A DNA stretch of 64,000 nucleotides from Syntrophorhabdaceae bacterium (GCA_963665295.1 OY762209.1:5152001-5216000), one strand, 5' to 3'; positions 38,664 through 49,065 are shown, counted from the stretch's first letter. Numbers and translations: made by a program. The notes: generated from the letters alone by a model not told the origin.

Positions 38664-39461
38664 TCAATGGAAGGAACGGGCGTCATCAGGGAAGACCCCT
38701 TCCTTCACCTCTTTTATATAGGCTTTAACCACATTGTCCATCTCCTCGCGGAGATTCATGTAGCTCTTCACAAACTTCGGCCGGGAACCCTTAAGGAGTC
38801 CAAGGAGATCGTGGATTACAAGAACCTGTCCGTCGCAATCCGGTCCCGCCCCTATGCCGATGGTGGGGATGGAAAGGATCTCACTCACTTCCTTCGCAAG
38901 TTGTCTCGGCACACATTCAAGAACAACCGCAAATGCACCCGCTTCTTCCACTGCCCGGGCGTCCTCGATGAGCTTCATCGCTTCCTCTCCCTTGCCCTGC
39001 ACCTTATAAGCGCCCATCCTGTGTATGGATTGCGGGGTAAGACCAACGTGTCCCATTACCGGTATCTCTATATCAACGATGGCTCTGATCGTCTCTTTCA
39101 TCTTGACGCCGCCCTCGAGCTTGACCGCAGCCGCGCCGCTCTCTTTCAACATCCTTCCCGCGTTTCTCTTTGCCTGTTCGATGCTCTCATGATAGGACAT
39201 GAAAGGCATATCGATCACGACGAGAGCCCTTTCCACGCCTCTCGATACCGCCTTCGTATGATGTATCATCTCATCGACGGTAACCGGTATGGTAGTGGAG
39301 TAACCCAGCATGACATTGGCGAGGGAATCTCCCACCAGTATGCTGTCGATGCCGGCTTCATCCACTATGCCCGCAGTCGTGTAATCGTAGGCGGTGAGCA
39401 TAGTAATCTTCTCTTTGCCTTTCTTGCCTTTGAAGACCGGCACGGTGACTCTGTCTTCCAT
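38664..39461 (-). CDS. panB: 3-methyl-2-oxobutanoate hydroxymethyltransferase
   Basis: LTAYD, LVGDS, DMPFMSY, VKLEGG, GHVGLTPQS, IGIGAG, DGQVLV. Confidence 0.95.
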   Translation of the reverse strand: MEDRVTVPVFKGKKGKEKITMLTAYDYTTAGIVDEAGIDSILVGDSLANVMLGYSTTIPVTVDEMIHHTKAVSRGVERALVVIDMPFMSYHESIEQAKRNAGRMLKESGAAAVKLEGGVKMKETIRAIVDIEIPVMGHVGLTPQSIHRMGAYKVQGKGEEAMKLIEDARAVEEAGAFAVVLECVPRQLAKEVSEILSIPTIGIGAGPDCDGQVLVIHDLLGLLKGSRPKFVKSYMNLREEMDNVVKAYIKEVKEGVFPDDARSFH

Positions 39462-39479
39462 TTACAACCCCCTCAAAAC

Positions 39480-39511
39480 AAAAAAACCTTCCGAACACGG
39501 TTCAGAAGGTT
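39480..39511 (-). terminator. Leader terminator upstream of panB
   Basis: AACCTTCTGAAC-cgt-GTTCGGAAGGTT followed by a T-tract, between promoter and start codon. Confidence 0.8.
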
Positions 39512-39531
39512 ATGACCACTCACATCTCCTT

Positions 39532-39564
39532 CCGTCTCGGTCCAGCATCATAGGATCCAAGCGG
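39532..39564 (-). ncRNA. pan RNA motif (cis-regulatory leader)
   Basis: CCGCUUGGAUCC-loop-GGACCGAGACGG stem with two bulged A residues, upstream of a terminator and panBCD; TTGACT-N18-TATAAT at 39574-39603. Confidence 0.75.
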
Positions 39565-39618
39565 TATAGGAAAATTATAAGACCTATCTTCGACTGAAGT
39601 CAACTATTATTTTCACTT

Positions 39619-40272
39619 TCAATCGACCCATTTTACAAAGGCGCCCACGTCCTCCCTCGGGGTCTTGAAACGGTTCAACGGGCTCTCCCAGTCGGGGTGC
39701 CCGAGGGCCATGCCTATGACCACGTCCTTGTTTTCAGGTATGTTCAGGTAGTCCTTGATTTCATCCTCATATGCGTTTATGAGGCCGATGGGACACGTCC
39801 CAAGACCAAAACCGGGGGTAATGAGGGTGAGGTAGCCAAGGACTATACCGATATCCACCAGACGGGCCTTTGAGAAGGCATTGTCAAGGCACAGGACCAC
39901 CGCAACGGGCGCTCCGTAAAAGTTGCAGCTCCCTTCGTTCACGAACCGGTCGAAGGAGAGGCCCATCTCCTCGAGACAGGGGTTCATGAGCCGAAAGGAT
40001 TCGACCCCTCTTCTGCTGAAGGTTTCGGAAAGGGGCTTCACGTTCCCGGGACTGCAGGATATCTGTTTCTCCCTGTACGACTTGACGAGCTTCCGGCTCA
40101 GCCTTTCCCTTTCCTCGTCCATTACCACGTAGAATTCCCACGGCTGAAGGTTGATGGCGGACGGAGCGTTGGTCGCGAGGCGGAGGATCTCCTCGACCGT
40201 CTTCCTGGGCACCGGGTCGGGTTTAAACGCCCTCACGCTCCTCCGTTCCCTTATCGCGTCAAATAAGTCCAT
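39619..40272 (-). CDS. Nitroreductase family protein
   Basis: AIRERRSVRAF, APSAINLQPW, FYGAP, GLGTCPIG. Confidence 0.9.
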   Translation of the reverse strand: MDLFDAIRERRSVRAFKPDPVPRKTVEEILRLATNAPSAINLQPWEFYVVMDEERERLSRKLVKSYREKQISCSPGNVKPLSETFSRRGVESFRLMNPCLEEMGLSFDRFVNEGSCNFYGAPVAVVLCLDNAFSKARLVDIGIVLGYLTLITPGFGLGTCPIGLINAYEDEIKDYLNIPENKDVVIGMALGHPDWESPLNRFKTPREDVGAFVKWVD

Positions 40273-40331
40273 GATGCTCTCCCTCCGTCATTGTGTGGTT
40301 CTCCTTGGGAATAACCCGGCAACGGGTCCCT

Positions 40332-41156
40332 TCATTTCGTAAGCTCCGCATAGATGTTCACGGTTTTCTGCTCTTCTCTGTGGTCGATACCGTTCAGGGG
40401 AGCGTGGGCGGATTCTCCGTAGCCGACGAACCTGATGTCCCGAAAGCCTATGTGCCTGCATACAAGGGAAAGCTCGTCCCTGGAGTAAAAATGCACGTGT
40501 TCCCACCTGGTGTAGGCGCCGTCCTTACCCTCCACGTAACCGTCGTAGGTCTGCTTCTGATAGTGTTTTGCAAGAACCCCCTCGAGTCCCGGGAAGGAGA
40601 GCCTCAAGACTCCTCCTGCTTTGAAGGTCCTGTAAGCTTCGGAGAGGAAAATCATGGAGTCACTCTGGTTCAGGTGCTCCAGAAAGTCCTCACAGAAACC
40701 GAACTCAAACCAGTCATCCGGAAACGGGTGAGGGCCAACGAGATTGACGTTTTCACAGGCGAATCCCGGCTGGGTCTTGAAAAGCAGTTCCGCGTCCACG
40801 TTGAGCCACCCCTCAAGCATATTAAAGCCGCACGCGTAATGTATCCTCTTTAACCCGCCCGTAAGGTCAAGGCCCTTTTGCCGCGCCGCAAGGTCGGTCC
40901 TTTCGAGTTTCCTGATCCCGTAGCCGAATTTCCTGAGACCCGCCTCCAGTCCTCTCTTGGCGAGGCCGAGGACATAGACCTCGGCAGCCCGTGCCTTCGT
41001 CGGTTTGTTGCCCTGATCCGTCCTTACCCCCGACGGCTCGGGTCCGGAACATTCTTTTGCAGTCGTTTCTTTCAAAACATGCCTCCCCAGGACATTAAAA
41101 CCGAGGATTTGTGCGCCCTTCTCCTGTTCCCCGGAAGGTCGCGGAGCGCCGGTCAA
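40332..41156 (-). CDS. Class I SAM-dependent methyltransferase-like protein (true start probably downstream)
   Basis: RIHYACG...GWLNVD, PFPD, FLEHL, RTFKAGGVLRLSFP. Confidence 0.7.
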   Translation of the reverse strand: MTGAPRPSGEQEKGAQILGFNVLGRHVLKETTAKECSGPEPSGVRTDQGNKPTKARAAEVYVLGLAKRGLEAGLRKFGYGIRKLERTDLAARQKGLDLTGGLKRIHYACGFNMLEGWLNVDAELLFKTQPGFACENVNLVGPHPFPDDWFEFGFCEDFLEHLNQSDSMIFLSEAYRTFKAGGVLRLSFPGLEGVLAKHYQKQTYDGYVEGKDGAYTRWEHVHFYSRDELSLVCRHIGFRDIRFVGYGESAHAPLNGIDHREEQKTVNIYAELTK

Positions 41157-41272
41157 TGAGCAAAATATACCCGGTGATACCCCGTATTGTCAAGCGCCCC
41201 CGGCTGTTGCCGTGGGGGAATAGATGTATTACATTGTTCCATGGAGCATGCTCCGGAAACAGGGGTGAAGCG

Positions 41273-42046
41273 GTGGCAATAAAGCTGGTTCTTGCATTGG
41301 TCCTTATTCTCGCGGGCTTCTCCGCCCCCGTCCATGCCATGACTTTGATGCAGTTAAGAGAACTGAAGGGGTTCGATCTCATTTCTTCCAGGGTGGATGC
41401 GATCCTGACCGACTACGGCATGCCCGCCGCGATCATAGACCACGGGACCATGGCGCAAAAGACATCCAAAGATGCAAAATGGGGCGCTTATACCCTGAAC
41501 CTTACCGATGACGATTGGACCCTGGTCTATTCCGGCGAAAGCAGAGAGGCAACCGGCCCAGGCCGCTGGATCAACCCGGAGCCGTCCATGCCCGCCAAAT
41601 TTTCCGGACTCAAGGCCCTGAGCCTCCTCACATACGGTAATGCGAGGGGCGTGATTCAAAAAGACAGGAGAAGTAACAGAATGATTCCCGGGCTGCCCGC
41701 GAATGTCTTCCAGACCCACCACGTGTACCAGGTGACTGCCGTCCTCCCTGCCGGGTCATCCTCGGAAAAGATCGTCGAGAAGTACGGGAAGGAGTACGAG
41801 GGCACAACGAATGCGGGCAGGCAGCACGTCCTGAGGTACTGGGTCAAGGGATACCGGACCCGGCGCGTTCCTCCGAACCTTTACGCCGTCGATTTCGAGC
41901 TGAAAGAAGACGGGTCCGTGGACACCTACACCATAACAGGCGTGAGGGTAGATGAGGCGACGGAAAAGTTAAACAGGATGATCGACAGATTCAACAGGGG
42001 CTGTCAGGAAGACAGCGAAGACGGCAGCCGTTGCCTGGGGATATAG
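41273..42046 (+). CDS. Exported hypothetical protein
   Basis: GTG start after GGGGTG; signal peptide ending PVHA. Confidence 0.6.
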   Translation: MAIKLVLALVLILAGFSAPVHAMTLMQLRELKGFDLISSRVDAILTDYGMPAAIIDHGTMAQKTSKDAKWGAYTLNLTDDDWTLVYSGESREATGPGRWINPEPSMPAKFSGLKALSLLTYGNARGVIQKDRRSNRMIPGLPANVFQTHHVYQVTAVLPAGSSSEKIVEKYGKEYEGTTNAGRQHVLRYWVKGYRTRRVPPNLYAVDFELKEDGSVDTYTITGVRVDEATEKLNRMIDRFNRGCQEDSEDGSRCLGI

Positions 42047-42313
42047 AACCCCTTCGCACATCTCCTTCCCTTCTCCGGAAAATGACCAACCTCCCATCAA
42101 CGCCTTTTCGGGACTGAACGGGTGACACGAAACTGACGTTTTCTGCCGGATACCTGACTCTTTTGTCGGTCATACGGCCTGTCCGTTGCGTAAGACCCCG
42201 ATATAATGCTTGTATCGCACCGGCACCTCTCTTGCATCCCTATCCGGCAAGGAGCGATAGCCGTCCGGATCTGATGGCGGCGTCCCCGAATAAATACTGA
42301 GCCGGAGGTTCCC

Positions 42314-42646
42314 ATGGCAGGAGATTACGCAAAGAAGAACGCCCTTATGACCCTTTCAGAATCATATCCGACACCTGAAGCGTACGTAAGCGGTCTCCTT
42401 ATGCCCCCTGTCCGGGAAAGGGGCGCAATCGCCCTCGCCACAGGAGGAGCGCCGGGCCGTTGTCCCATGGCGGCCGAGCGGGCACGGGCGGGGTCATCCC
42501 CGAGTCACGGCGCCGGTGATGCCGCCTCGCAGCCGACCTGCGAATTCCAGGATTTCTGCAATCACCTGTATGCAACCGAACCCACCTGCTATTGCATGGC
42601 GGCGTGGAAACGGCCCACCGCGATCGCGTTCCCCGTTTTCGCCTGA
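42314..42646 (+). CDS. Possible hypothetical protein with Cys/His-rich C-terminus
   Basis: GGAGG SD, sits in an otherwise empty 800-bp gap; composition atypical. Confidence 0.3.
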   Translation: MAGDYAKKNALMTLSESYPTPEAYVSGLLMPPVRERGAIALATGGAPGRCPMAAERARAGSSPSHGAGDAASQPTCEFQDFCNHLYATEPTCYCMAAWKRPTAIAFPVFA

Positions 42647-42842
42647 ACCGCGGACGGAGGACCCCGGATATATATTGAACTGAACTAATAAATTGTTTGC
42701 TTTCCCTTCCGGTTTGTGCGATACTGATTCTCAGGAGTATCGGAATTATCTGTTAGTAGTTACTTCAGGAATTAATATTTTTGTAGTCTCTTCGTAACAC
42801 GGTTCCGCTTTCTTCCGCATTCTAAAAAGGAGGTACATTTTC

Positions 42843-43043
42843 ATGGCAAAAGGAACTGTGAAGTGGTTTAACGAGTCTAAGGGTTTCGGTTTTATCACCA
42901 AAGACGACGGCTCAGACGTGTTTGTTCACTATTCTTCAATTCAGGGCAGTGGTTTCAAATCCCTGGCTGAAGGCGACAGCGTAAGCTTTGATGTTACAAG
43001 CGGTCCGAAAGGTCCCGCAGCAGCAAACGTAGTGAAAGACTAA
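42843..43043 (+). CDS. cspA: Cold-shock protein (CspA family), second copy
   Basis: [18 protein letters not shown]...[16 protein letters not shown]. Confidence 0.95.
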   Translation: MAKGTVKWFNESKGFGFITKDDGSDVFVHYSSIQGSGFKSLAEGDSVSFDVTSGPKGPAAANVVKD

Positions 43044-43052
43044 GTCAATCAG

Positions 43053-43087
43053 GCAGGTTCGGATTCGTCCGGACCTGCTGTTTTTTT
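43053..43087 (+). terminator. Intrinsic terminator after csp
   Basis: GCAGGTTCGGA-ttcg-TCCGGACCTGC followed by a T-tract. Confidence 0.75.
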
Positions 43088-43163
43088 ATCCGGCGCAACC
43101 CGACTCACCCCCACCAAAATCGCTTATTTTCCATTTTCTCTTCCTCCCAAGGGAAAGGGACCA

Positions 43164-44207
43164 CTAAATCGCGCCGTTCGCCTCCGCGGAAACGAGGGTT
43201 TGGAGAAGCTCCCTCTGTTCGGGGGTCGCGAGTATGAGCAGGTTCATGCCGCCCTCCAGGATGGTATCGGGATAGGGATTGTAAATCCAATCACCATCCT
43301 GTTTCCGTGCGGATATAAGGAGCGTGTTTCCGAGGTCCTTGAAGTCTATAACCCCCACCGCTTTCCCCACATAGGCCGAATTGAGAGGTACGTGCACTTC
43401 CTCGACCCTCAGGGGCGCATCCCGTTCTCTCAAAAGTTTATCGAGGAAGGAGGTCACGTTAGGCCTGACCATCTCGGAGGCCATCCTCAAGCCCCCTATG
43501 TAGTTGAGGGCCACCACCCCGTCCGCGCCTGCACGCTTGATCTTGTCTATATTCTTCGTGTCGTTGCACCGTGAAATGACCCTCAGGGCCGGGTTCAACT
43601 GTTTGGCCGTCAATACTATCACGATGTTGTCATTGTCGGAATTGGTCGTGGCAAAAAGCCCCTTTGCCCTGTGGATCATGGCCTTGTCCAGTATCTCGTT
43701 CTCCGTTGCATCGCCCAACATCATGTCCACATTGAGGCTCTGGGCCCGCATGGTCTCCATCACCTCTTCCCTCATGTCTATTGCCACCACATGCCTCTTT
43801 GTCTGGAACAACTCCTTGACAATGTAAAGGCCCACCATGCCTATGCCGCACACTATGTAATGACTCTTCATCCTCTCTATCCTCTTCTCCATAGTCCTCC
43901 TTCTGAAAACCCTTCTCAGTTCTCCCCCGATAATATACGCGGCGATGGACGTAAAGAGGTACGCCACCATGCCTGCGCCGACAAATATGAATAATATGGT
44001 GAAAACTTTGCCGAAAGGCTTGTTATCGAGGCCGATCACATCGCCGTAACCAACGGTTGAGATGGTAATGGCAGTCATGTAGAGGGCGTCGAGGAAGGTT
44101 GTCCTGCTGCCCCCTATGATCTTGAATCCAATTGTACCTATCAGGATGATGGCGACTATCAACAGAATAAGGTGCTGAAATTTTTTCGGAATCCCTTTGA
44201 GGTACAT
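43164..44207 (-). CDS. Potassium channel with RCK (TrkA-N/TrkA-C) domains
   Basis: STVGYGD selectivity filter, HYIVCGIGMVG, GDAT, NxxIVLTAK.LNP. Confidence 0.9.
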   Translation of the reverse strand: MYLKGIPKKFQHLILLIVAIILIGTIGFKIIGGSRTTFLDALYMTAITISTVGYGDVIGLDNKPFGKVFTILFIFVGAGMVAYLFTSIAAYIIGGELRRVFRRRTMEKRIERMKSHYIVCGIGMVGLYIVKELFQTKRHVVAIDMREEVMETMRAQSLNVDMMLGDATENEILDKAMIHRAKGLFATTNSDNDNIVIVLTAKQLNPALRVISRCNDTKNIDKIKRAGADGVVALNYIGGLRMASEMVRPNVTSFLDKLLRERDAPLRVEEVHVPLNSAYVGKAVGVIDFKDLGNTLLISARKQDGDWIYNPYPDTILEGGMNLLILATPEQRELLQTLVSAEANGAI

Positions 44208-44471
44208 TAATCACCATTATACCATCATAAATCCGTGGATTCATCCATAAAGCAGCAGAGGTCCGGGATGCGCCTCTGCGGGGCCCGGGAGAATCCTTGG
44301 ACGTCGCGGGAATATGCCGCGACGGGCCCCGCAGATAAATTCCGTAATTATCGATAATAAACTATTGACATTACACTTTTTTTCGCAGAAAATTGCAGTA
44401 TATCCCTTCTCTGTAACCGAAAGAGTAGAGCAGGGTTGGAGGGGGCTCCCCCGGAAGGGGAAATAATTATC

Positions 44472-45821
44472 ATGATGCATGGTCCCAATTCGTCCCACAA
44501 GCCCATGACAAGGCAACGATGGTCCCGAAACACCACGCTGCATGTCCGCGATTGCATCGTCCTCGTCGCGGGAGACAGCGACCTTTACGTGGACAAAAAC
44601 TTCATAAAGGTCTTTGGTTATGATGACCCCCGCGAGGTCAGCGAGAAGCCCTTCTCCATGCTCGTCCACCCGGAAGACAGGGACCGCGTCGAGGAAATCC
44701 ACCGGAAAAGAAGCCGGGGAGACGGGGCGCCCGACCATTACGAGTTCAAGGGAATTTGCAGAGACGGCACCTCCATCCACCTGGAGGTTTCAGCCACGAG
44801 CCTCAAGTATAACGGCCAGACCCTTTCCGCCATGTATCTCCGGGATATCACCACACGAAAGCGCTGGGAAGAGGAACTCAGGGAGAGCGAGGAAAAATAC
44901 AGGACCCTTTTCGAAAATTCCATGGACGCCATATACATCACCGGCAGGGATGCTCGCCTCGTCGACGCGAACGAGGCCTTCCTGAACCTTTTCGGTTATA
45001 CCCGGGAAGAAGCTATCGGTCTCAACGGAAAGGAGGCAATTTCGTCTCAAGACCTCGAACGGTTCAAGAGTATCGTGCGGAAAAAGGGCTATGTGAAGGA
45101 TTTCAGTCTCAAGCTCGCAAGGAAAGACGGAGAAACGATGGACTGTCTTCTCACTTTGAACCCCATGGTGGGAGAAGGCGGAAAAACCACGGGTTACCAG
45201 GGTATTGTCCGGGATATCACCGCATACAAGAAGGCCCAGGAGGCGGTGCAATACATGGCGTATCACGATAGCCTCACCGGGCTGCCCAACAGGATACTAT
45301 TCTCCGACCGTCTGACCATGGCGATTGTGAATGCGACGAGGAACAAACAGCGCATCGCGGTCATGATGCTCGACCTGGACAGGTTCAAAGACGTGAACGA
45401 CACCCTCGGCCATGACGTGGGAGACAGACTCCTCAAAGCGGTAGCCGACCGCCTGTTGGACACGGTGCGAAAGAGCGATACGGTGGCCCGGATGGGAGGC
45501 GACGAGTTTCTCCTCGTCCTGCCCGAGATAAACACGGTGAACGACACCATCGTGGTTTCCGACAAGATAATGGAGGCTTTCCGAAGACCTTTTTCCACGA
45601 GCAGCCACGAGCTTTTCATAACCTGTAGTGTAGGGATGGCGATCTATCCCGAGCACGGCACGGACCCGGAAGTCCTTATCAGGAATGCCGACACGGCCAT
45701 GTACAGAGTAAAGCATCTCGGAAGAAACGGGTACCGCCTGTGCGACACCAAGGTTTTCGAAGGTAACCCTCCTGTGGAGCCCCGCCTCTCCGATTCCACG
45801 CTTCACCCGATGAAGTCTTGA
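44472..45821 (+). CDS. PAS-PAS diguanylate cyclase
   Basis: Two PAS units, HDSLTGLPNR, DLDRFK.VND..GH..GD, RKSD I-site, GGDEF. Confidence 0.9.
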   Translation: MMHGPNSSHKPMTRQRWSRNTTLHVRDCIVLVAGDSDLYVDKNFIKVFGYDDPREVSEKPFSMLVHPEDRDRVEEIHRKRSRGDGAPDHYEFKGICRDGTSIHLEVSATSLKYNGQTLSAMYLRDITTRKRWEEELRESEEKYRTLFENSMDAIYITGRDARLVDANEAFLNLFGYTREEAIGLNGKEAISSQDLERFKSIVRKKGYVKDFSLKLARKDGETMDCLLTLNPMVGEGGKTTGYQGIVRDITAYKKAQEAVQYMAYHDSLTGLPNRILFSDRLTMAIVNATRNKQRIAVMMLDLDRFKDVNDTLGHDVGDRLLKAVADRLLDTVRKSDTVARMGGDEFLLVLPEINTVNDTIVVSDKIMEAFRRPFSTSSHELFITCSVGMAIYPEHGTDPEVLIRNADTAMYRVKHLGRNGYRLCDTKVFEGNPPVEPRLSDSTLHPMKS

Positions 45822-45968
45822 TTTTTTAAAGGTTCTGTATTATTAATAAGATTACTCGATGTTTTATCTTTCTCAGCCAAAAGGATGACAATAAAACGGC
45901 CGTCGGCCTGTCGGGTTGAAAACGGAAGGGGGCTGCCGGAAAAATTAAGCAAAACGGGGTGATAGATC

Positions 45969-47873
45969 ATGTCTGTAGAAAAATTTGAGTTTAAGACGGA
46001 AGTAAAACAACTTCTCGACCTCATGGTGCACTCTCTTTACTCCCACAAAGAGGTATTTCTGAGAGAGCTGATCTCCAACGCGTCCGACGCCATCGACAGG
46101 GCGCGGTACGTTGCCTTGCAGGACAGCGCGGTTCTCGAAAATGAAGCGGGCTGGAAGATCAGGATCGCAATCGATAAGGATGCGGCCACCTTGACGGTGA
46201 GCGACAACGGAATCGGCATGACGAAAGAAGAAGCGGTGGGCGCACTGGGAACCATCGCCCATTCGGGAACCAAGGAATTTCTTGAAGCGCTGCAAAGCAA
46301 AGAGCTGAAGGACAATCCGGAGCTTATAGGGCAGTTCGGCGTGGGCTTCTACTCGTCCTTCATGGTGGCGGACCGCATCACAGTCGTCTCCAGAAAAGCG
46401 GGCCAGCCGGGGAAAGGCGCGGTCCGATGGGAATCTACCGGCGACGGTGCCTTCACCGTGGAAGATGCCGAAAAGGCGGGCAAAGGAACCGACGTAATAC
46501 TCCACCTTAAAGACGAAGGGAAAGAATACCTCGAAGAGTGGGAAGTCCGGTCTATAGTGAAGAAATATTCCGATTTCATAGAACACCCTGTGGTGATGGA
46601 CATTGAAAGGGAACAGGACAGCGAACTCGAAAAAGGGAAAAAAGTAACGATCAGGGAAGAACAGACCCTCAACTCCATGAAGGCGCTCTGGCTCCGGGAC
46701 AAGTCGGAGGTCCCCGACGAGGAGTATAAGGAATTTTATAAGCACCTCTCCCATGACATGTTCGAGCCCCTGAGAGTCATTCACTACAAGGCCGAAGGCA
46801 CTACGGAATTCAACGCCCTCCTTTTCATTCCCTCCAGGGCGCCCTTCAATATCCTTTACAAAGACTACAAGGTGGGACCTACCCTCTATGTAAAGAGGGT
46901 CCAGATCATGGACCACTGCGAGGACCTCATTCCGCCCTACCTCCGGTTCGTGCGAGGCGTAATCGACTCCGCCGACCTCCCCCTCAATGTTTCGAGGGAG
47001 ATTCTGCAGAACAACCGCCTTGTTGAAATCATCAGGACGAATGTCACAAAGAAAGTTCTCGATGTACTGAACGACCTGAAGAAGGACGACTACGGGAAGT
47101 ATCGCGAGTTCCACAGCGAATTCGGCCGCATACTCAAGGAAGGTATACATTATGACTTCCAGAGGAGGGAGACCATTGCGGATCTTCTCCTCTTTCCGTC
47201 CACAAAGACCGAGGAGAACAAACTCACCACCTTTCAGGAATACGTGGACAACATGAAGGAAGGGCAGGATGAGATTTACTACATCACGGCGACATCCCTC
47301 AAGGACGCCCTCAAGTCACCCTACCTGGAGGTCTTCAAGAAGAGGGACTACGAGGTGCTCGTGTTCCTCGACGAGATCGACGACTTCGTCATGAACACGC
47401 TGGAATTCAAGGGAAAGAAACTGAAATCCGTCCTGAAAGGGGATGTGAAGCTCAAGCCCTCGGAGAAGGCGGAAAAAGAAGAGGGAGAAAAGAAGTATCA
47501 ATTGCTTCTCGATCTCATCAAGGACAGGTTGAAGGAAGATGTGAAGGATGTGAGGTTCTCGGGCAGGCTCACCGATTCACCATGCTGCCTTGTGGGTGAG
47601 GAGGACGACATGGACCCCCAGATGGAAAAACTCCTGAAGGCCATGGGTCAGCCCATTCCCGAGAACAAGAAGATCCTGGAGATAAACCAGCACCATCCCC
47701 TCCTTACCGTCATGAACGAGCTTTTCGAAAAGGACAAAGAGAGCGATCTCTTGAAGGACTATATAAACCTTCTCTATGATCAGGCCCTTGTGCTCAAGGG
47801 TTCGGCCCCTAAAGACCCTGTCATGTTCTCGAAAGTGATTGCCCGTCTCATGGTAGAGGGTGCTCCGAAATAA
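45969..47873 (+). CDS. htpG: Chaperone HtpG (Hsp90)
   Basis: HSLYSHKEVFLRELISNASDA, DNGIGM, IGQFGVGFYS, DLPLNVSRE. Confidence 0.97.
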   Translation: MSVEKFEFKTEVKQLLDLMVHSLYSHKEVFLRELISNASDAIDRARYVALQDSAVLENEAGWKIRIAIDKDAATLTVSDNGIGMTKEEAVGALGTIAHSGTKEFLEALQSKELKDNPELIGQFGVGFYSSFMVADRITVVSRKAGQPGKGAVRWESTGDGAFTVEDAEKAGKGTDVILHLKDEGKEYLEEWEVRSIVKKYSDFIEHPVVMDIEREQDSELEKGKKVTIREEQTLNSMKALWLRDKSEVPDEEYKEFYKHLSHDMFEPLRVIHYKAEGTTEFNALLFIPSRAPFNILYKDYKVGPTLYVKRVQIMDHCEDLIPPYLRFVRGVIDSADLPLNVSREILQNNRLVEIIRTNVTKKVLDVLNDLKKDDYGKYREFHSEFGRILKEGIHYDFQRRETIADLLLFPSTKTEENKLTTFQEYVDNMKEGQDEIYYITATSLKDALKSPYLEVFKKRDYEVLVFLDEIDDFVMNTLEFKGKKLKSVLKGDVKLKPSEKAEKEEGEKKYQLLLDLIKDRLKEDVKDVRFSGRLTDSPCCLVGEEDDMDPQMEKLLKAMGQPIPENKKILEINQHHPLLTVMNELFEKDKESDLLKDYINLLYDQALVLKGSAPKDPVMFSKVIARLMVEGAPK

Positions 47874-47890
47874 GTAACTCCACGGAATCG

Positions 47891-47922
47891 AAAAGGGGGC
47901 CGGTTTCCGGTCCCCTTTTTTT
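47891..47922. terminator. Bidirectional terminator between htpG and dnaJ
   Basis: AAAAGGGGGCCGG-ttt-CCGGTCCCCTTTTTTT. Confidence 0.75.
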
Positions 47923-47959
47923 GCGACAGGCTTTTGAAGGCCTGGTTCCGACCAATATC

Positions 47960-49045
47960 TTACCTGTCGAAAAAATCCCTGAATTTCTCTTTGAAACCCT
48001 TCCGGGTAGCGCCTGTATGGCTTCCGAATTCCCGGGCAAGCTCTTCCATCAATTGCTTCTGCCGGTCCGTGAGGCTGGAGGGAATGACTATATTGAGGTA
48101 TACAAGCTCATCGCCCCTTCCGTACCCGTTCGCTTTGGCCACGCCAAGGTTCCTCAGTCTTACGATCCTGCCCGGTTGGGTGCCTGCAGGTATGTCGATC
48201 TCCGTTTCTCCTTCAAGGGTGGGGATGACAATCCGTCCCCCCAGGGAAAGTAAGGGAAAGCTCACATCGACCTGTACTATGATGTTCTCCCCTTCCCGCT
48301 CAAAAACGGGGTGTTCCTTCACGTTCAAAACTATATAAAGGTCGCCGGGAATTGTGTCGCCCGGCCTCCTCATGCCTTCTCCCCGGAGTTTGAGCCGCGC
48401 GCCCATGTCCACGCCGGGTGGAATCTTCACGTTGATCTTCTTGTTTGTCCTGGTAAACCCCTTGCCGCTGCACGCTTTGCAAGCGTGTTTTACTATATAC
48501 CCTTCACCCCCGCACACCTCGCAGGTCCGGTTGATGGTGAAAAACCCGTGGGTATCCCTCACCTGGCCCCTGCCGCCGCAATGCTTGCACGGCGTCGGCT
48601 GATGGCCCGGCTCGATCCTTGTGCCGCCGCAGATGACGCACTTCTCGTCCTTGGGGATCTGGATCTCTTTCTCTACACCGAATACCGCCTCTTCGAATTC
48701 TATCTCCAGATTGTATCTGAGGTCGTCGCCTTTTCTTTCCCTCTGCCTCTGACCGCCGAAAAAATCACTGAAGAGGTCGTTAAAGATATTATCAAAATTC
48801 CCCTGGAACCCGAAATCAAACATCGAGCTCTCGTCTCCGCCGAAGCGCTCATACTTCATCCTCTTTTCGTGATCGCTCAGGACGGCATAGGCCTCGCTGA
48901 TCTCTTTGAATTTCTCTTCCGCTTCCTTGTTGTCGGGATTCCTGTCAGGATGATACTGAAGGGCAAGCTTCCGGTACGCCTTCTTTATCTCTTCGTTTGT
49001 TGCATCTCTCGATACATTCAGTATTGCGTGATAATCTCTTCTCAT
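47960..49045 (-). CDS. dnaJ: Chaperone DnaJ
   Basis: J domain with HPD, four CxxCxGxG-type repeats. Confidence 0.95.
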   Translation of the reverse strand: MRRDYHAILNVSRDATNEEIKKAYRKLALQYHPDRNPDNKEAEEKFKEISEAYAVLSDHEKRMKYERFGGDESSMFDFGFQGNFDNIFNDLFSDFFGGQRQRERKGDDLRYNLEIEFEEAVFGVEKEIQIPKDEKCVICGGTRIEPGHQPTPCKHCGGRGQVRDTHGFFTINRTCEVCGGEGYIVKHACKACSGKGFTRTNKKINVKIPPGVDMGARLKLRGEGMRRPGDTIPGDLYIVLNVKEHPVFEREGENIIVQVDVSFPLLSLGGRIVIPTLEGETEIDIPAGTQPGRIVRLRNLGVAKANGYGRGDELVYLNIVIPSSLTDRQKQLMEELAREFGSHTGATRKGFKEKFRDFFDR

Positions 49046-49065
49046 AAGCTAAACCGCGCCATGCT

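Noticed and set aside
40332..41156. Methyltransferase as the missing ArsM
   Set aside because: Lacks ArsM-type features (GCG, DLGSGxG, conserved Cys set) and is 17 kb from the cluster.
45945..47150. 401-aa ORF antisense to htpG (also 49610-50716 antisense to hrcA)
   Set aside because: Shadow frames of well-supported genes.
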